Shown: in pieces, positions 1 through 9,946 of the stretch
Numbering within the stretch: the stretch's first letter is position 1
How the letters are laid out: every line of letters begins with the position of its first letter
DNA from: an uncultured delta proteobacterium
Lineage (GTDB): Bacteria; Desulfobacterota; Binatia; UBA9968
NCBI GenBank assembly: GCA_963727625.1
Contig: CAVSHR010000002.1
Coordinates: forward strand, 288,001 to 352,000
Length of the DNA stretch: 64,000 nucleotides
Direction of reading: 5' to 3'
Made by a program: the position numbers and the translations under genes
Notes under the pieces: generated by a model
What the model was told of the DNA's origin: nothing
Database searches by the model: none
Seen by the model: the letters and a program-made list of their open reading frames with translations, nothing else

Positions 1-450
1 TTGCGCTGTATCGGCCAGGATCTGGAGCGGCGGGGATTGAAGGCTTTTGATGTTCGCGTTGGCCGAGACGAATACGTTGTCGATTGCGCTTACCAGGAAC
101 CACCGGCGCCGACTCCGGTTTCGATTCGTTATGCTATTGACGATATCGAAGAGCTCAATCGAGCCGGTGAAAGCAAACGCGGCACGATACTGCCGGCCAC
201 GGAATTTATCAATCATGTCCAGATGTTTCGGACGATCGGCGGCTTCCTTGACAATAATGAGGCGCAACTGATCCGCGTGACCAACAATGACGCGACCCAA
301 ACGGGATCGTTGATAAGAGTCGAATACTTCACAAAAGATGGCGAGCGAGTCGTAGATGACCGAGCAGGCTCAGCAATTTACGACATGTGCGTGCAAATGT
401 ACAAGCAGAGAGGCAAACTAACCGGCACCAGTGGTCAACGCGGACGCTGA
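1..450 (+). CDS. Hypothetical protein, probably 5'-truncated by the window edge
   Basis: Frame is open from base 1 to TGA at 450. Two loosely similar segments (RCIGQDLE / RTIGGFLD). No family recognised. Confidence 0.6.
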   Translation: MRCIGQDLERRGLKAFDVRVGRDEYVVDCAYQEPPAPTPVSIRYAIDDIEELNRAGESKRGTILPATEFINHVQMFRTIGGFLDNNEAQLIRVTNNDATQTGSLIRVEYFTKDGERVVDDRAGSAIYDMCVQMYKQRGKLTGTSGQRGR

Positions 451-538
451 GGGCTGAGTCTAGCCGGATTGAACTCAACGAAGAGAATCCTTTGCAGCTT
501 GCATGGCGAGATAATTTGTCTCGGGGGCGTCGCGAATA

Positions 539-1039
539 TTGGACACGAATTTCGACTACTATTCCCTTTTGAATCTCAAGCGAAGCGCGAGCCAGGAAGA
601 CATCAAGCGGGCTTATCGTAAAGCTGTCTTTCGCTACCATCCGGATCGTAATCCCGGCGACGTAGAAGCGGCGGGAAAATTCAAGCAGGTATTAGATGCT
701 TACGAGGTGCTGTCGGACGCAAGTAGGCGCGCCAACTATGATCAAGTAACCCGCCCCGCCGAAGCTGAAAACGAAGTTGAAGATGAGCCAACCAAAGAAG
801 AAGCTCCGCAATTCGGCTCCGATCCCGGCAACGGTTTTCATTTCACCCAGGATTTTAAGCACAAGGTCGAGCCGGAGCCGAAGTGTCCTTCCTGCTCGGT
901 CGTGGGCACCGACCATATCGTCTCGCGCAAAGCCGGATCGAGCTCGGCGCGCGGCAAGCAGTTCATCCTGTCGCCTTTCAACATTATCTTCTGCAATTCC
1001 TGCGGCCACGTTTACGGTGTGACGCCGTCGTCCAGCTGA
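539..1039 (+). CDS. J-domain (DnaJ-type) protein with C-terminal CxxC...CxxC putative zinc ribbon
   Basis: DYYSLL...IKRAYRK...YHPDRN...AYEVLSD J-domain with HPD motif; CPSC and CNSC near the C-terminus; TTG start. Confidence 0.85.
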   Translation: MDTNFDYYSLLNLKRSASQEDIKRAYRKAVFRYHPDRNPGDVEAAGKFKQVLDAYEVLSDASRRANYDQVTRPAEAENEVEDEPTKEEAPQFGSDPGNGFHFTQDFKHKVEPEPKCPSCSVVGTDHIVSRKAGSSSARGKQFILSPFNIIFCNSCGHVYGVTPSSS

Positions 1040-1226
1040 TATCCGATAGATTCTTTCTTCGCCAGCGGCTGTGGACTCGCTCAAACTCGGAAACCGGCCG
1101 CGAATACGTGGACCGACAGTCCATCTCTTGAACCGAGTTTAAGATTTTCGCCGAGGTTGAAATTCGCGCGTCCAAAACGTCAAAGAGGGGATATCGATAA
1201 CTGGCTAGAGAATTCCTATTCCTGAC

Positions 1227-1988
1227 TCAGTGCATCACCCCACCGCCCTCGACGACGAGCAGTTGGCCGGTGATGAAGTCGCTGTCGGAGCTCGCCAAGA
1301 AGAGCGCGGTGCCGACGATGTCGGCCGGGGTTTCGACGCGGCGGAAGGCGCGCTTGTCGATGCTGCCCTCGCGCCGTTTCAAGACTTCTTCAGACACCGA
1401 CTCTTCGCTCATGGTCGAGCCGGGCGTCATGCAATTGACGTTGATGTTCCATTCGCCCAGTTGGCGCGCCATGACGCGGGTCAGCGCGACCACGCCGCCT
1501 TTGGCGGTGGTGTAGTGTGGCATATTGCCCGAGCCGCTGAAAAAAGTCCCGGAGGCGATGTTGATGATCTTGCCGCTTTTCTGCTGCTTCATTATCGGAA
1601 TCACCGCCTTGCTGCAGAAAAAGACGCCGTTCAAGTTGACTTCCATCACCCGGTCCCATTCCTCGATTGCCAACTCTTCCACCGGCCCTTTCCACAATCG
1701 TTGCGTGACGTAGATCGCCGCGTTGTTGAGCAGCACGTCGATGCGGCCGTATTTCTTGACCGTCTCCTCCATCAAGCCCTGGACATTGGGAAAACTGCGC
1801 ACGTCGGACGTCCTTGCCCAGGCCGAGCCGCCGCTTTCGGTAATCGCTTTAGCTGTGGCTTCGCCGCCCGGCGCGTCGATGTCGGCGATAACCAGATGTG
1901 CGCCCTCTTCGGCGAAGCGCCGGGCGTAGGCTTTGCCGATGCCGTGGGCAGCGCCCGTGATGATGGCGACCTTGTCTTTTAATCGCAT
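1227..1988 (-). CDS. Short-chain dehydrogenase/reductase (SDR)
   Basis: TGAAHGIG, NNAA and YTTAK motifs; GGAGG RBS upstream of the ATG at 1988. Confidence 0.9.
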   Translation of the reverse strand: MRLKDKVAIITGAAHGIGKAYARRFAEEGAHLVIADIDAPGGEATAKAITESGGSAWARTSDVRSFPNVQGLMEETVKKYGRIDVLLNNAAIYVTQRLWKGPVEELAIEEWDRVMEVNLNGVFFCSKAVIPIMKQQKSGKIINIASGTFFSGSGNMPHYTTAKGGVVALTRVMARQLGEWNINVNCMTPGSTMSEESVSEEVLKRREGSIDKRAFRRVETPADIVGTALFLASSDSDFITGQLLVVEGGGVMH

Positions 1989-2048
1989 TCGTCCTCCCAA
2001 ACGGCGTTGCCGCCGAATCGTTGGTACTGCAAGCGGCAGGTGCACGGT

Positions 2049-2909
2049 CTATGAGAAGCTCGGCGTTTTGCCGCTAAAGAACTTTTCAAGTTGCGCCGGC
2101 GGAAAACGCAGGCCGATGAAAAACGCGCCGAACAGGCCGTAGGCGGCGCTGGCTTCATCGAAACGCATCTCGTAGACAAGTTTTTTAAACACCAGCGGGT
2201 CGTCGGCAAAAAGGTCGACGCCCCATTCCCAGTCATCGAAGCCGATGGAACCGGAGATGATCTGGGTCACACGGCCGGCGTAATGGCGGCCGATCATGCC
2301 ATGCTCGCGCATCATACGCTGGCGCTCGCGGATTGGCTCGCTGTACCAGTTTTTCGTCTCACCGCGGAACTTGTTCATCGGATAGAAACACAGGTAGCGC
2401 CGCTGGGGAATTTCCGGCCAGAGGCGGGGCGCTGAGTTTTCACGCTGCTTGGTCAGTTCGGCCTCGACTTCACGGTTCCATTCGGCGGTTCCCGGTTTTA
2501 GTCCCTTCGCCGTCCACTCGTCGTACGCTTTGACCGATGCCTCGTAAAGCCCTAGTTCCACCACCGACACATAGGAAGACGTTGGTTCGAGAAACTCATT
2601 CAGCTCGGAGCGGGCGACGTTCAGCTCGGCGTCGTTCAGCTCATCCAAAGTCTTGCGAAAATGCACCAGCATCAAATCGGCCTTGTGTCCGACCATGGAG
2701 AAAAGACCGGTCGTTGCTTGCGTTTGCTGCGCCATGATGCCGAGCATCGCCCGGGAGCCGTCGAGAATATGTTTTTGATCCGAAGAGCCGAGACCGCGCC
2801 ACGCGGTCCAGCGCACGCGAAACATCTGATGAAGTATGAACGAGCCGTCGAGAGTCAGCGGCGTAGTGGGCAGCTCGGCGTTTTGTCGGTTGGCTGGTGG
2901 GTGTTCCAT
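2049..2909 (-). CDS. hemQ: Chlorite dismutase-like family protein, probable coproheme decarboxylase (ChdC/HemQ type)
   Basis: GHKADLM, SVVELGLY, FYPMNK...NWY, MMREHG, GSIGFDDWEWGV and YEMRFDE motifs; start chosen at MEHPP. Confidence 0.75.
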   Translation of the reverse strand: MEHPPANRQNAELPTTPLTLDGSFILHQMFRVRWTAWRGLGSSDQKHILDGSRAMLGIMAQQTQATTGLFSMVGHKADLMLVHFRKTLDELNDAELNVARSELNEFLEPTSSYVSVVELGLYEASVKAYDEWTAKGLKPGTAEWNREVEAELTKQRENSAPRLWPEIPQRRYLCFYPMNKFRGETKNWYSEPIRERQRMMREHGMIGRHYAGRVTQIISGSIGFDDWEWGVDLFADDPLVFKKLVYEMRFDEASAAYGLFGAFFIGLRFPPAQLEKFFSGKTPSFS

Positions 2910-2950
2910 GGTGCCAGTTGTATTTTGCTGTCTTCGCGCGCGATTCGGTT

Positions 2951-3592
2951 TTACATCGGCTGGGGCGAAGAGCCAGGCGGCGTAGGCTGATCCGGTTTGA
3001 CGCCGCGCATTTTGTTCCGTAGCGCTTGAAAACCGTGTTTTGCAAGACGAAAAATTTTCGGTATCAGCCACACCATCAAACCGAGGAAGGCCAACACCAG
3101 GATCATCATCACAATCGGGTGATTGAACATCAGCCAAACACTGCCTAAAACGGTGACGTCTTCAGCGAAGCTGGCGATCCAGTTGCTGAACGGCTCCGGA
3201 CTGGCGTTGATCGCCAGTCTCGTCGTCGCCTTGGTGCCGTGCGCGACTAGTGCGATGGTGCCGCCGCCGAGCACGGCCATCAATTCCAACGCCGGATTCA
3301 CGTCGCCGAGCGAGCGCGCTGCCAGGATCGCACCGGCCGGCACGCGTATGAAGGTGTGCAGGACATCCCAACCGGTGTCGACGTAAGGCACTTTGTCGGC
3401 GACGAATTCGATCACGTACATGATGCAGGCGATGGCGATGACGCCGGGATGGGACAGGACTTCGAGACCCGGCGGCAACTGGATCATCTCCAAGCGATTG
3501 GCGATGCCCAGCGCCGCGACGGTGGCATAGAGATTGATTCCCGAGGTCCAGGCCGTGCCCATCGCCAAACTCAATGCTTCAATCGTGCCCAT
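2951..3592 (-). CDS. DUF4126-family membrane protein
   Basis: SGINLYATV, EFVADKVPYVD..WD..HTFIR and SPEPFSNW..S..ED motifs; hydrophobic. Confidence 0.8.
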   Translation of the reverse strand: MGTIEALSLAMGTAWTSGINLYATVAALGIANRLEMIQLPPGLEVLSHPGVIAIACIMYVIEFVADKVPYVDTGWDVLHTFIRVPAGAILAARSLGDVNPALELMAVLGGGTIALVAHGTKATTRLAINASPEPFSNWIASFAEDVTVLGSVWLMFNHPIVMMILVLAFLGLMVWLIPKIFRLAKHGFQALRNKMRGVKPDQPTPPGSSPQPM

Positions 3593-3693
3593 TGGATCAC
3601 CTCGATCCCGGTTCTTATAAGGACCGGTGTATTATAGCTTTGACGTTGCTATGGGCAAAACTATAGCAAAACTTCGGGGCATGAATCATGCCA

Positions 3694-5124
3694 TTAAATT
3701 TTATACTTACCGGCAATCCGGTCCTTGTATTCCTTGGTAAATGCGTTCACCGCCGGGAACTGGTCCATCCACTTATAGGGCCGGCAAGCGTCGATGAGCA
3801 CGCGGTCGGATGTGTAACCACGCGGTGAGCGTTCTTCCGGTGGCATGGCCGGCTCACAAACTGAAGCCCAGACGTCTTTGATGATGTCGATGCCGCCGCG
3901 CACGTAGCAGCGCGTGGCGATGGCCCAGATCACTTCGCCCGGGTTGGTGATGTCGATGTCGTCATCGACGACGACAACAAACTTGCCGCCGTAGGCGCCG
4001 GCACGGGCGCCGGCAGCGACTAGCAACGCTTGCTTCGAGTGGCCGGCGTAGCGCTGCTTGATCGAGACTACGGTGAACGGCCCCGGCTGCCCACCGTAGA
4101 CAAATCCCCACACGCCTTTGACTTCCGGAATGCCGGCCTTTTCCAACTGCTCCCACAAAGTCGCGGCGCCCAGTGGCATCGGCAGGTAACTCGCCGGCGG
4201 CTTGAGCGGCGGCGCGCCGAGCAGGATCGGATTATTTCTGTAGTACACTCGCCTTACTGTCATCACTGGAGTTTCGCCGACGTTTTCTTCCGTAAAATAT
4301 CCAGGCCACTCGCCGAAGGGGCCTTCCTTCGGCATATCCTCGTCTTTCATCGGCGGTAGTTCGCCTTCGAGGACGATCTCGGCGTTAGCCGGAATCGGCA
4401 GACCGGTGGCCGCGCCGCGCGCGACGGGAACCGGCGCGCCCTGTAAATAGCCGGCGAATTCCAATTCGTTGACATCCGGCGGCAGCGGCATCTGCGCGGC
4501 GAGAAAAACCGCCGGACCCTGGCCCAGCGTGATCGCGATCGGCAGCGGCTTGCCGGCATCGCGGGCGCGTTCGAAGGCGAGCCGGCCGTGTTTGCCCATG
4601 TTCATCTTGACCGAAACGTGATTTTTATCCTGTACCATCACGCGGTACGTGCCGATGTTGACCTTGCCGGTTTCCAAATCTTTGGTGATGACACCGCAGC
4701 CGGTGCCGATAAACGGCCCGCCATCGAGATCGTGCCACTTGGGTGTCGGGAATTTGTACAGATCGACTTGATCGTCGACCATCTGGTTTTCCATCACCGG
4801 GCCGCCTTCAACTTGCTGCACTGGGACAGGTTTGTAGGCCGCAAGTTTTTTGCGCCAAGCATAGAGAAAATCGATGCCGTTCTCTTCATTGATGCCCATC
4901 GCCGGGCCGGTGCGCTTGCAAGTGCGAAAAACGTTGGAGATAACGCGGAAGCCCGACGGATAGTTTTTGAAATTATTAAACAGCAGCGCCGGTCCTTCTT
5001 GCTCGGCCGCCCGTTCGGTGAGCGCGCCCACTTCCAGGTTCAAATCCACGCCGTTGAACTCGCGCAGCTCTCCCATCTCTTTGAGCAATTCGACGTAGCC
5101 TCTCATATCGGTAACGTCAGCCAT
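3694..5124 (-). CDS. UbiD-family (prFMN-dependent) decarboxylase
   Basis: NIGTYR, AEIVLEG, EGPFGEWPGY and VVVDDDIDI...WAIATR motifs; AGGAGG RBS. Confidence 0.9.
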   Translation of the reverse strand: MADVTDMRGYVELLKEMGELREFNGVDLNLEVGALTERAAEQEGPALLFNNFKNYPSGFRVISNVFRTCKRTGPAMGINEENGIDFLYAWRKKLAAYKPVPVQQVEGGPVMENQMVDDQVDLYKFPTPKWHDLDGGPFIGTGCGVITKDLETGKVNIGTYRVMVQDKNHVSVKMNMGKHGRLAFERARDAGKPLPIAITLGQGPAVFLAAQMPLPPDVNELEFAGYLQGAPVPVARGAATGLPIPANAEIVLEGELPPMKDEDMPKEGPFGEWPGYFTEENVGETPVMTVRRVYYRNNPILLGAPPLKPPASYLPMPLGAATLWEQLEKAGIPEVKGVWGFVYGGQPGPFTVVSIKQRYAGHSKQALLVAAGARAGAYGGKFVVVVDDDIDITNPGEVIWAIATRCYVRGGIDIIKDVWASVCEPAMPPEERSPRGYTSDRVLIDACRPYKWMDQFPAVNAFTKEYKDRIAGKYKI

Positions 5125-5346
5125 TTGTCCTCCTGATTTGCGGTTTATAGTATTGTGGCAAGTCAGGCGAGTCAAACGAGCTGCGGGATGTCATGCCGCA
5201 AGGGTTTTGCTCACCGCATTGTTGCAGGCCTATAAGTGAGCGGCTATACGGTTCAGGTCGATGAATCAAATCGAAAACCGCTATTGCAGTTGACGCACAG
5301 CAACCCCAACTTGACTTTAAGCCTCCATCCTTTACTTTAATTTGTG

Positions 5347-6672
5347 ATGCAGCGATTCTGTTTTGGCTTTTTACTTGCCTTGCTTTCGGTTTTCACCGGA
5401 TTAGCCCCCCTCAACGCAGCTCAGGTGCAGGAATTCGTCCTCGATAACGGTCTCAAGGTTTTACTCCTGGAGGATCACAAGAGCCCGGCGGTGACCTTTC
5501 AAGTCTGGTACCGCGTCGGCGCGCGCAATGAAAAAGACGGCAAAAGCGGCTTGGCCCATTTTCTCGAGCACATGATGTTCAAGGGCACGCCGACCACCGG
5601 GCCGGAGGAGTATTCGCGCATCATCGCCAAAAATGGCGGGCGCTCCAACGCCTTCACCTCGTCGGATACGACGGTCTATTTCGCGACCATGAGCCGGGAA
5701 AAAATCGACATCGAGCTCGAACTGGAAGCCGACCGCATGGCTAACGCGCTCCTGGGTGAGAAGTATTTCGAGCCAGAAAAAAAAGTCATTCAAGAGGAAC
5801 GCCGCCTGCGCACCGAAGACAACCCGATCTCGGCATTGAGCGAAGTCGCGAGCGCGGTCGCCTTTACGATTCACCCCTATCGCCGGCCGGTGGTGGGCTG
5901 GATGGAGGATATTCAACACCTCACACGCCAGGACCTGGTAAATTTTTATAAGCTCTATTATGCGCCGAACAACGCCTATATCGTCGTTGTCGGCGATTTC
6001 TCAACGGAGGAAATTCTGCCGAAAATCAAGTCAGCCTACGGCAAGATTCCGCGCGCCGCGCCGGCTCCGAAAGTATGGGCCGAAGAGCCGGAACAGCGTG
6101 GCGAGCGCAGTGTAGTATTGAAAAAGGAAGCCGAGCTGCCGTTTACGCTCATGTTCTACCGCGCGCCCAACCTCAAAAGCCCCGACAGTTTCGCGCTCGA
6201 TCTTTTGTCGGTGGTTCTGGCCGGCGGCCGCAGCTCGCGGCTTTATCATGAGCTGGTTTATCAGAAGCGTTTAGTGCGCAGTGTGGATGCCGACTACAGC
6301 GGTGTTTCCATCGATCCCATGGGATTTTCCATTTATGCGCAGATGCTTCCCGGGATCGAGCCCGCTCGCGTCGAATCCGAAGTTGATAGTCAGCTGGAAA
6401 AAGTTAAGGCTGAATTGATCAGCGATCGCGAATTAGTAAAAGCTAAAAATCAAATCGAAGCTGCATTTGTTTTCGCACAGGATTCGATTTTCGGCCAGGC
6501 GATGAAGATCGGTTACTACGAAGCGGCCGGCGGCTGGCGGCAGATGGACGATTATCTCGATGGCATTCGCAAGGTTAGCCGCGAAGATATCCGCCGGGTG
6601 GCGCGGCAATATTTAATTCGCGACCGCCGCACCGTCGGCACGTTGATTCCAACCAAAGACAAGCCTCAATGA
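5347..6672 (+). CDS. M16B zinc peptidase, catalytic subunit, with signal peptide
   Basis: GLAHFLEHMMFKG (HxxEH), NAFTS, EERR; hydrophobic N-terminus. Confidence 0.9.
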   Translation: MQRFCFGFLLALLSVFTGLAPLNAAQVQEFVLDNGLKVLLLEDHKSPAVTFQVWYRVGARNEKDGKSGLAHFLEHMMFKGTPTTGPEEYSRIIAKNGGRSNAFTSSDTTVYFATMSREKIDIELELEADRMANALLGEKYFEPEKKVIQEERRLRTEDNPISALSEVASAVAFTIHPYRRPVVGWMEDIQHLTRQDLVNFYKLYYAPNNAYIVVVGDFSTEEILPKIKSAYGKIPRAAPAPKVWAEEPEQRGERSVVLKKEAELPFTLMFYRAPNLKSPDSFALDLLSVVLAGGRSSRLYHELVYQKRLVRSVDADYSGVSIDPMGFSIYAQMLPGIEPARVESEVDSQLEKVKAELISDRELVKAKNQIEAAFVFAQDSIFGQAMKIGYYEAAGGWRQMDDYLDGIRKVSREDIRRVARQYLIRDRRTVGTLIPTKDKPQ

Positions 6673-7994
6673 AAAATCTCCGCTTGTGGTTGCTCGCCGT
6701 CCTGGCAGTGATCCTATGCTTGCGACCGGTGCAGGCGGGCATGGTGCCCAAACGCATGGTGCTCGATAACGGTCTCGTGCTTCTGACCTCGGAGCAGCGC
6801 GCCTTGCCGATGGTTTCGATCGAGATGCTGATCGACGCCGGCTCGCGCTACGAAAGCGCGAGCCAGGCGGGCTTGGCCAACTTAACGGCGAGACTTCTGA
6901 CTTATGGGACACAGGGGCGCAGCGCTTTGCAGATCAGCGAGGCGCTCGATTTTATCGGCGCTCGTTTATCGGCCGGCTGCGGCGAGGACGTTGCCAGCGT
7001 CAGTCTGACGATTCTAAAAAAAGACCTCGCCACGGGACTCGAACTGCTGGCGGAAATTTTGACAGAATCGACGTTTCCCCAGGCGGAAATCGACCGCCAG
7101 AAACAAGCCATCATCGCGTCCATACGCGCCCGGGAGGAAGATCCCGGTGCGGTGGCGGCGACCCAATTTGCCGCTGCTCTGTTTCCGCGAAGCCCCTACG
7201 GCCGGCCAGTGGAAGGCGCCGAGGATTCGGTTAAGGGCCTGCAGCGGAAAAGCCTGCAAGAGCATTTTGCCCGCTATTACCGCCCTAATCGCGCGATCAT
7301 TGCGGTCGTCGGCGACGTCGCCGAAAAGGAGATTGCCCAGGCCCTGAACAAGTCCTTCGGCGGATGGAACAAGGGCGAGCCGAGCGGCAAGCCGCTGGTG
7401 CCGGCAATCATCGGCGCGCCGGAGCAACTGCGCGTCAATAAAGACTTGACCCAGTCGAATATCATTCTCGGACACAATGGCATAACGCGCGGCAACCCAG
7501 ATTACTATGCTGTTCAAGTGATGAATTATATTCTCGGTGGCGGCGGATTCTCCTCGCGGGTGATGGATTCCATCCGCAACGAGCGCGGGCTGGCCTACTC
7601 GGTTTACAGTTACTATGCGGCGGAAAAGAGCCACGGCAGCTTTCAGTTCGTGATGCAGACCAAAAACGAAACCGCCCTGGAAGCGATTCGGATCGCCAAG
7701 TATGAAATCCGCCGGATGCGCGAAGAACCGGCGAGCGAACAAGAATTGAACGATGCGAAAGACTATTTGATCGGCAGCTTCCCGCTGCGCTTCGACACCA
7801 ATCGCAAAGTTGCTGGCTTTCTCGCCCAGGTCGAATACTATCAGCTCGGTTTGGACTACCCGGAGCAATATGCGGCGCTTATTCGCAAAGTTAGCGGCGC
7901 GGATGTGCAGCGCGTCGCCCGACAGTATTTGCTGCCGGAAAAGCTGATCACGGTAATCGTTGGCAATTTAAAGAAGTTGGGCGACAAGCCATAA
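6669..7994 (+). CDS. M16B peptidase, non-catalytic partner subunit
   Basis: HxxEH replaced by NLTAR; LGGGGFSSR and IRNERGLAY present; ATGA overlap with the upstream gene. Confidence 0.88.
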   Translation: MKNLRLWLLAVLAVILCLRPVQAGMVPKRMVLDNGLVLLTSEQRALPMVSIEMLIDAGSRYESASQAGLANLTARLLTYGTQGRSALQISEALDFIGARLSAGCGEDVASVSLTILKKDLATGLELLAEILTESTFPQAEIDRQKQAIIASIRAREEDPGAVAATQFAAALFPRSPYGRPVEGAEDSVKGLQRKSLQEHFARYYRPNRAIIAVVGDVAEKEIAQALNKSFGGWNKGEPSGKPLVPAIIGAPEQLRVNKDLTQSNIILGHNGITRGNPDYYAVQVMNYILGGGGFSSRVMDSIRNERGLAYSVYSYYAAEKSHGSFQFVMQTKNETALEAIRIAKYEIRRMREEPASEQELNDAKDYLIGSFPLRFDTNRKVAGFLAQVEYYQLGLDYPEQYAALIRKVSGADVQRVARQYLLPEKLITVIVGNLKKLGDKP

Positions 7995-8181
7995 CGCCGA
8001 TTCGAAAGACAATCATGGCCGTCCAAATCGTGGTCGAATTCTTCTTGAGCATGGCACCAGGTTTGCTGTTAGAATAACCAACCGGCAATTAAGAGCTTGA
8101 CAGCCGGTGACGGGCTGCGCCATATTCGCTCCGAGTGTCGAATGGCAAGTCGTCCCGCGATTGAGTTCCCGGTTTATGTCG

Positions 8182-8568
8182 ATGAAGACCATATTGATCA
8201 TTGAAGATCATAGCGACATGCGCGAGCTGCTGATGTGGCAGATTGAGCTGATGGGGTTTATGCCGATCACAGCCAAGCGCGGTAAAGAGGGCGTCGAAAT
8301 GGCACTCAGCGAGAAGCCTGAGCTGATTATCATGGACATCATGATGCCGGGCATGGATGGCTGGGAAGCGGCCCGGGAGATTCGCGCCCATGCCGAGACC
8401 AAGGAAATTCCGATTTTAGCCGCGACGGCGCTGTTTCGCGACTCCGACCTCAAAACGTGCATCGAAGCTGGTTGCAACGATTATATCGTTAAGCCATTCA
8501 CGTTCCAGGAGCTGCAAGGGAAGGTGCGGGAATTGATCCCTTCGACGAGCACGACCTACCCGCTCTGA
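8182..8568 (+). CDS. Single-domain response regulator (CheY/DivK-like)
   Basis: ILIIED, IMDIMMPGMDG, ATA and KPF receiver motifs. Confidence 0.88.
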   Translation: MKTILIIEDHSDMRELLMWQIELMGFMPITAKRGKEGVEMALSEKPELIIMDIMMPGMDGWEAAREIRAHAETKEIPILAATALFRDSDLKTCIEAGCNDYIVKPFTFQELQGKVRELIPSTSTTYPL

Positions 8569-8629
8569 TTTCTGCTCCACTGCCTTTCCCGTCGCCAATC
8601 GAATTCTTGCTTGAGAATGGGGCACGTCG

Positions 8630-9943
8630 ATGTCGGCGCGTGAAAGAGCTGTCTTTGTCGTTCAACGTCTTCGCCAGGAAGGCCATGAGGCTTATTTTGC
8701 CGGCGGTTGCGTGCGCGATATGCTGCTCGGCAAAACGCCGAAAGACTACGACATCGCTACCGGCGCCAAGCCCGACGACATCCAGCGTGTTTTCTCCGAC
8801 ACCGTGCCCGTGGGCGCCGAGTTCGGCGTCATTCTCGTGCTGGTCGACGGCCGGTCCTTTGAGGTCGCCAGTTTCCGCTATGACGGCCCTTACTTGGATG
8901 GGCGGCGGCCCAGTCAGGTGCGCTATGGCAGCTTGCAAGAAGATGTCTTGCGCCGCGACTTCACGATCAACGGTATGCTTTATGATCCCATCGAGGACCG
9001 GGTGATCGATCTGGTCGAAGGCCGCAAGGATCTCGGGCTGCGCCGAATGCGCGCCATCGGCGACCCAGCACAACGGTTTTCAGAGGACCGCCTGCGCATG
9101 CTCCGCGCCGTGCGTTTCGCCGCCAGCTTGAAATTCGAGATCGATGACGCGACCTTTACGGCTATCCAGCAGATGGCCGCAACCATCACGATGATCGCTT
9201 GGGAGCGAATCGGCGACGAAATTACACGCATATTGACCGAAGGAGGCGCGCGCCGCGGCTTTGAGCTGTTGGACAAAAGCGGTCTGCTAAGAATTTTGTT
9301 GCCTGAGATCGATGCCCTCAAAGGCACCTGGCAGAGCCCGGATTACCACCCCGAGGGCGATGTTTTCACGCATACCCTGTTGTTGTTGAACCACTTGGAG
9401 GCGCCGAGCGAGACCTTGGCCTACGGCTGTCTGCTGCACGACGTGGCAAAGCCGCTCTGCTTGCGGCGCGACGGCGAGCGCGTGACTTTTTATGGCCATA
9501 CGGAACAAGGCGCGGCGATGGCCGAAGCTATTCTCAAGCGACTCAAGCGCGGCCGTGCGGTCTGGGAGCGGGTCAGCTTTCTGGTGCGCAATCACTTGCG
9601 TCATGTGCAAGCGCCGGAAATGCGCTTAAGCACGCTCAAGCGCTTCTTGCGCGAAGAAGGCATCGATGAGCTACTCGAGCTGACACGCATCGATGCTCTG
9701 TCATCCAACGGCGACCTGAGCTATTACGGATTCTGTAAAGAACGGTTGGCTGGACTCGAGGAGGAAGAAATTCGGCCCGCGCCGCTCGTGCGCGGCGGCG
9801 ACTTGATCGCCATGGGATTGACGCCCGGGCCGCTGTTCGCAGACATTCTGCGCCGGGTCGAGGATCAGCAGCTCGGCGGCGAGCTTAACAGCCGAGAGGA
9901 AGCGCTGGAGTGGGTCAAACGAAATTATTCGCATCGAGGTTGA
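8630..9943 (+). CDS. cca: CCA tRNA nucleotidyltransferase / poly(A) polymerase family, with HD domain
   Basis: GGCVRD..LG..PKDYDIAT, RRDFTING, EDRLRMLRAVRF and LLHDVAKP motifs. Confidence 0.85.
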   Translation: MSARERAVFVVQRLRQEGHEAYFAGGCVRDMLLGKTPKDYDIATGAKPDDIQRVFSDTVPVGAEFGVILVLVDGRSFEVASFRYDGPYLDGRRPSQVRYGSLQEDVLRRDFTINGMLYDPIEDRVIDLVEGRKDLGLRRMRAIGDPAQRFSEDRLRMLRAVRFAASLKFEIDDATFTAIQQMAATITMIAWERIGDEITRILTEGGARRGFELLDKSGLLRILLPEIDALKGTWQSPDYHPEGDVFTHTLLLLNHLEAPSETLAYGCLLHDVAKPLCLRRDGERVTFYGHTEQGAAMAEAILKRLKRGRAVWERVSFLVRNHLRHVQAPEMRLSTLKRFLREEGIDELLELTRIDALSSNGDLSYYGFCKERLAGLEEEEIRPAPLVRGGDLIAMGLTPGPLFADILRRVEDQQLGGELNSREEALEWVKRNYSHRG

Positions 9944-9946
9944 TGA

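Noticed and set aside
3654-3673. GG-N10-GC / gcaaaact repeat as a sigma54 promoter
   Set aside because: Wrong orientation for both flanking minus-strand genes and a poor match to consensus
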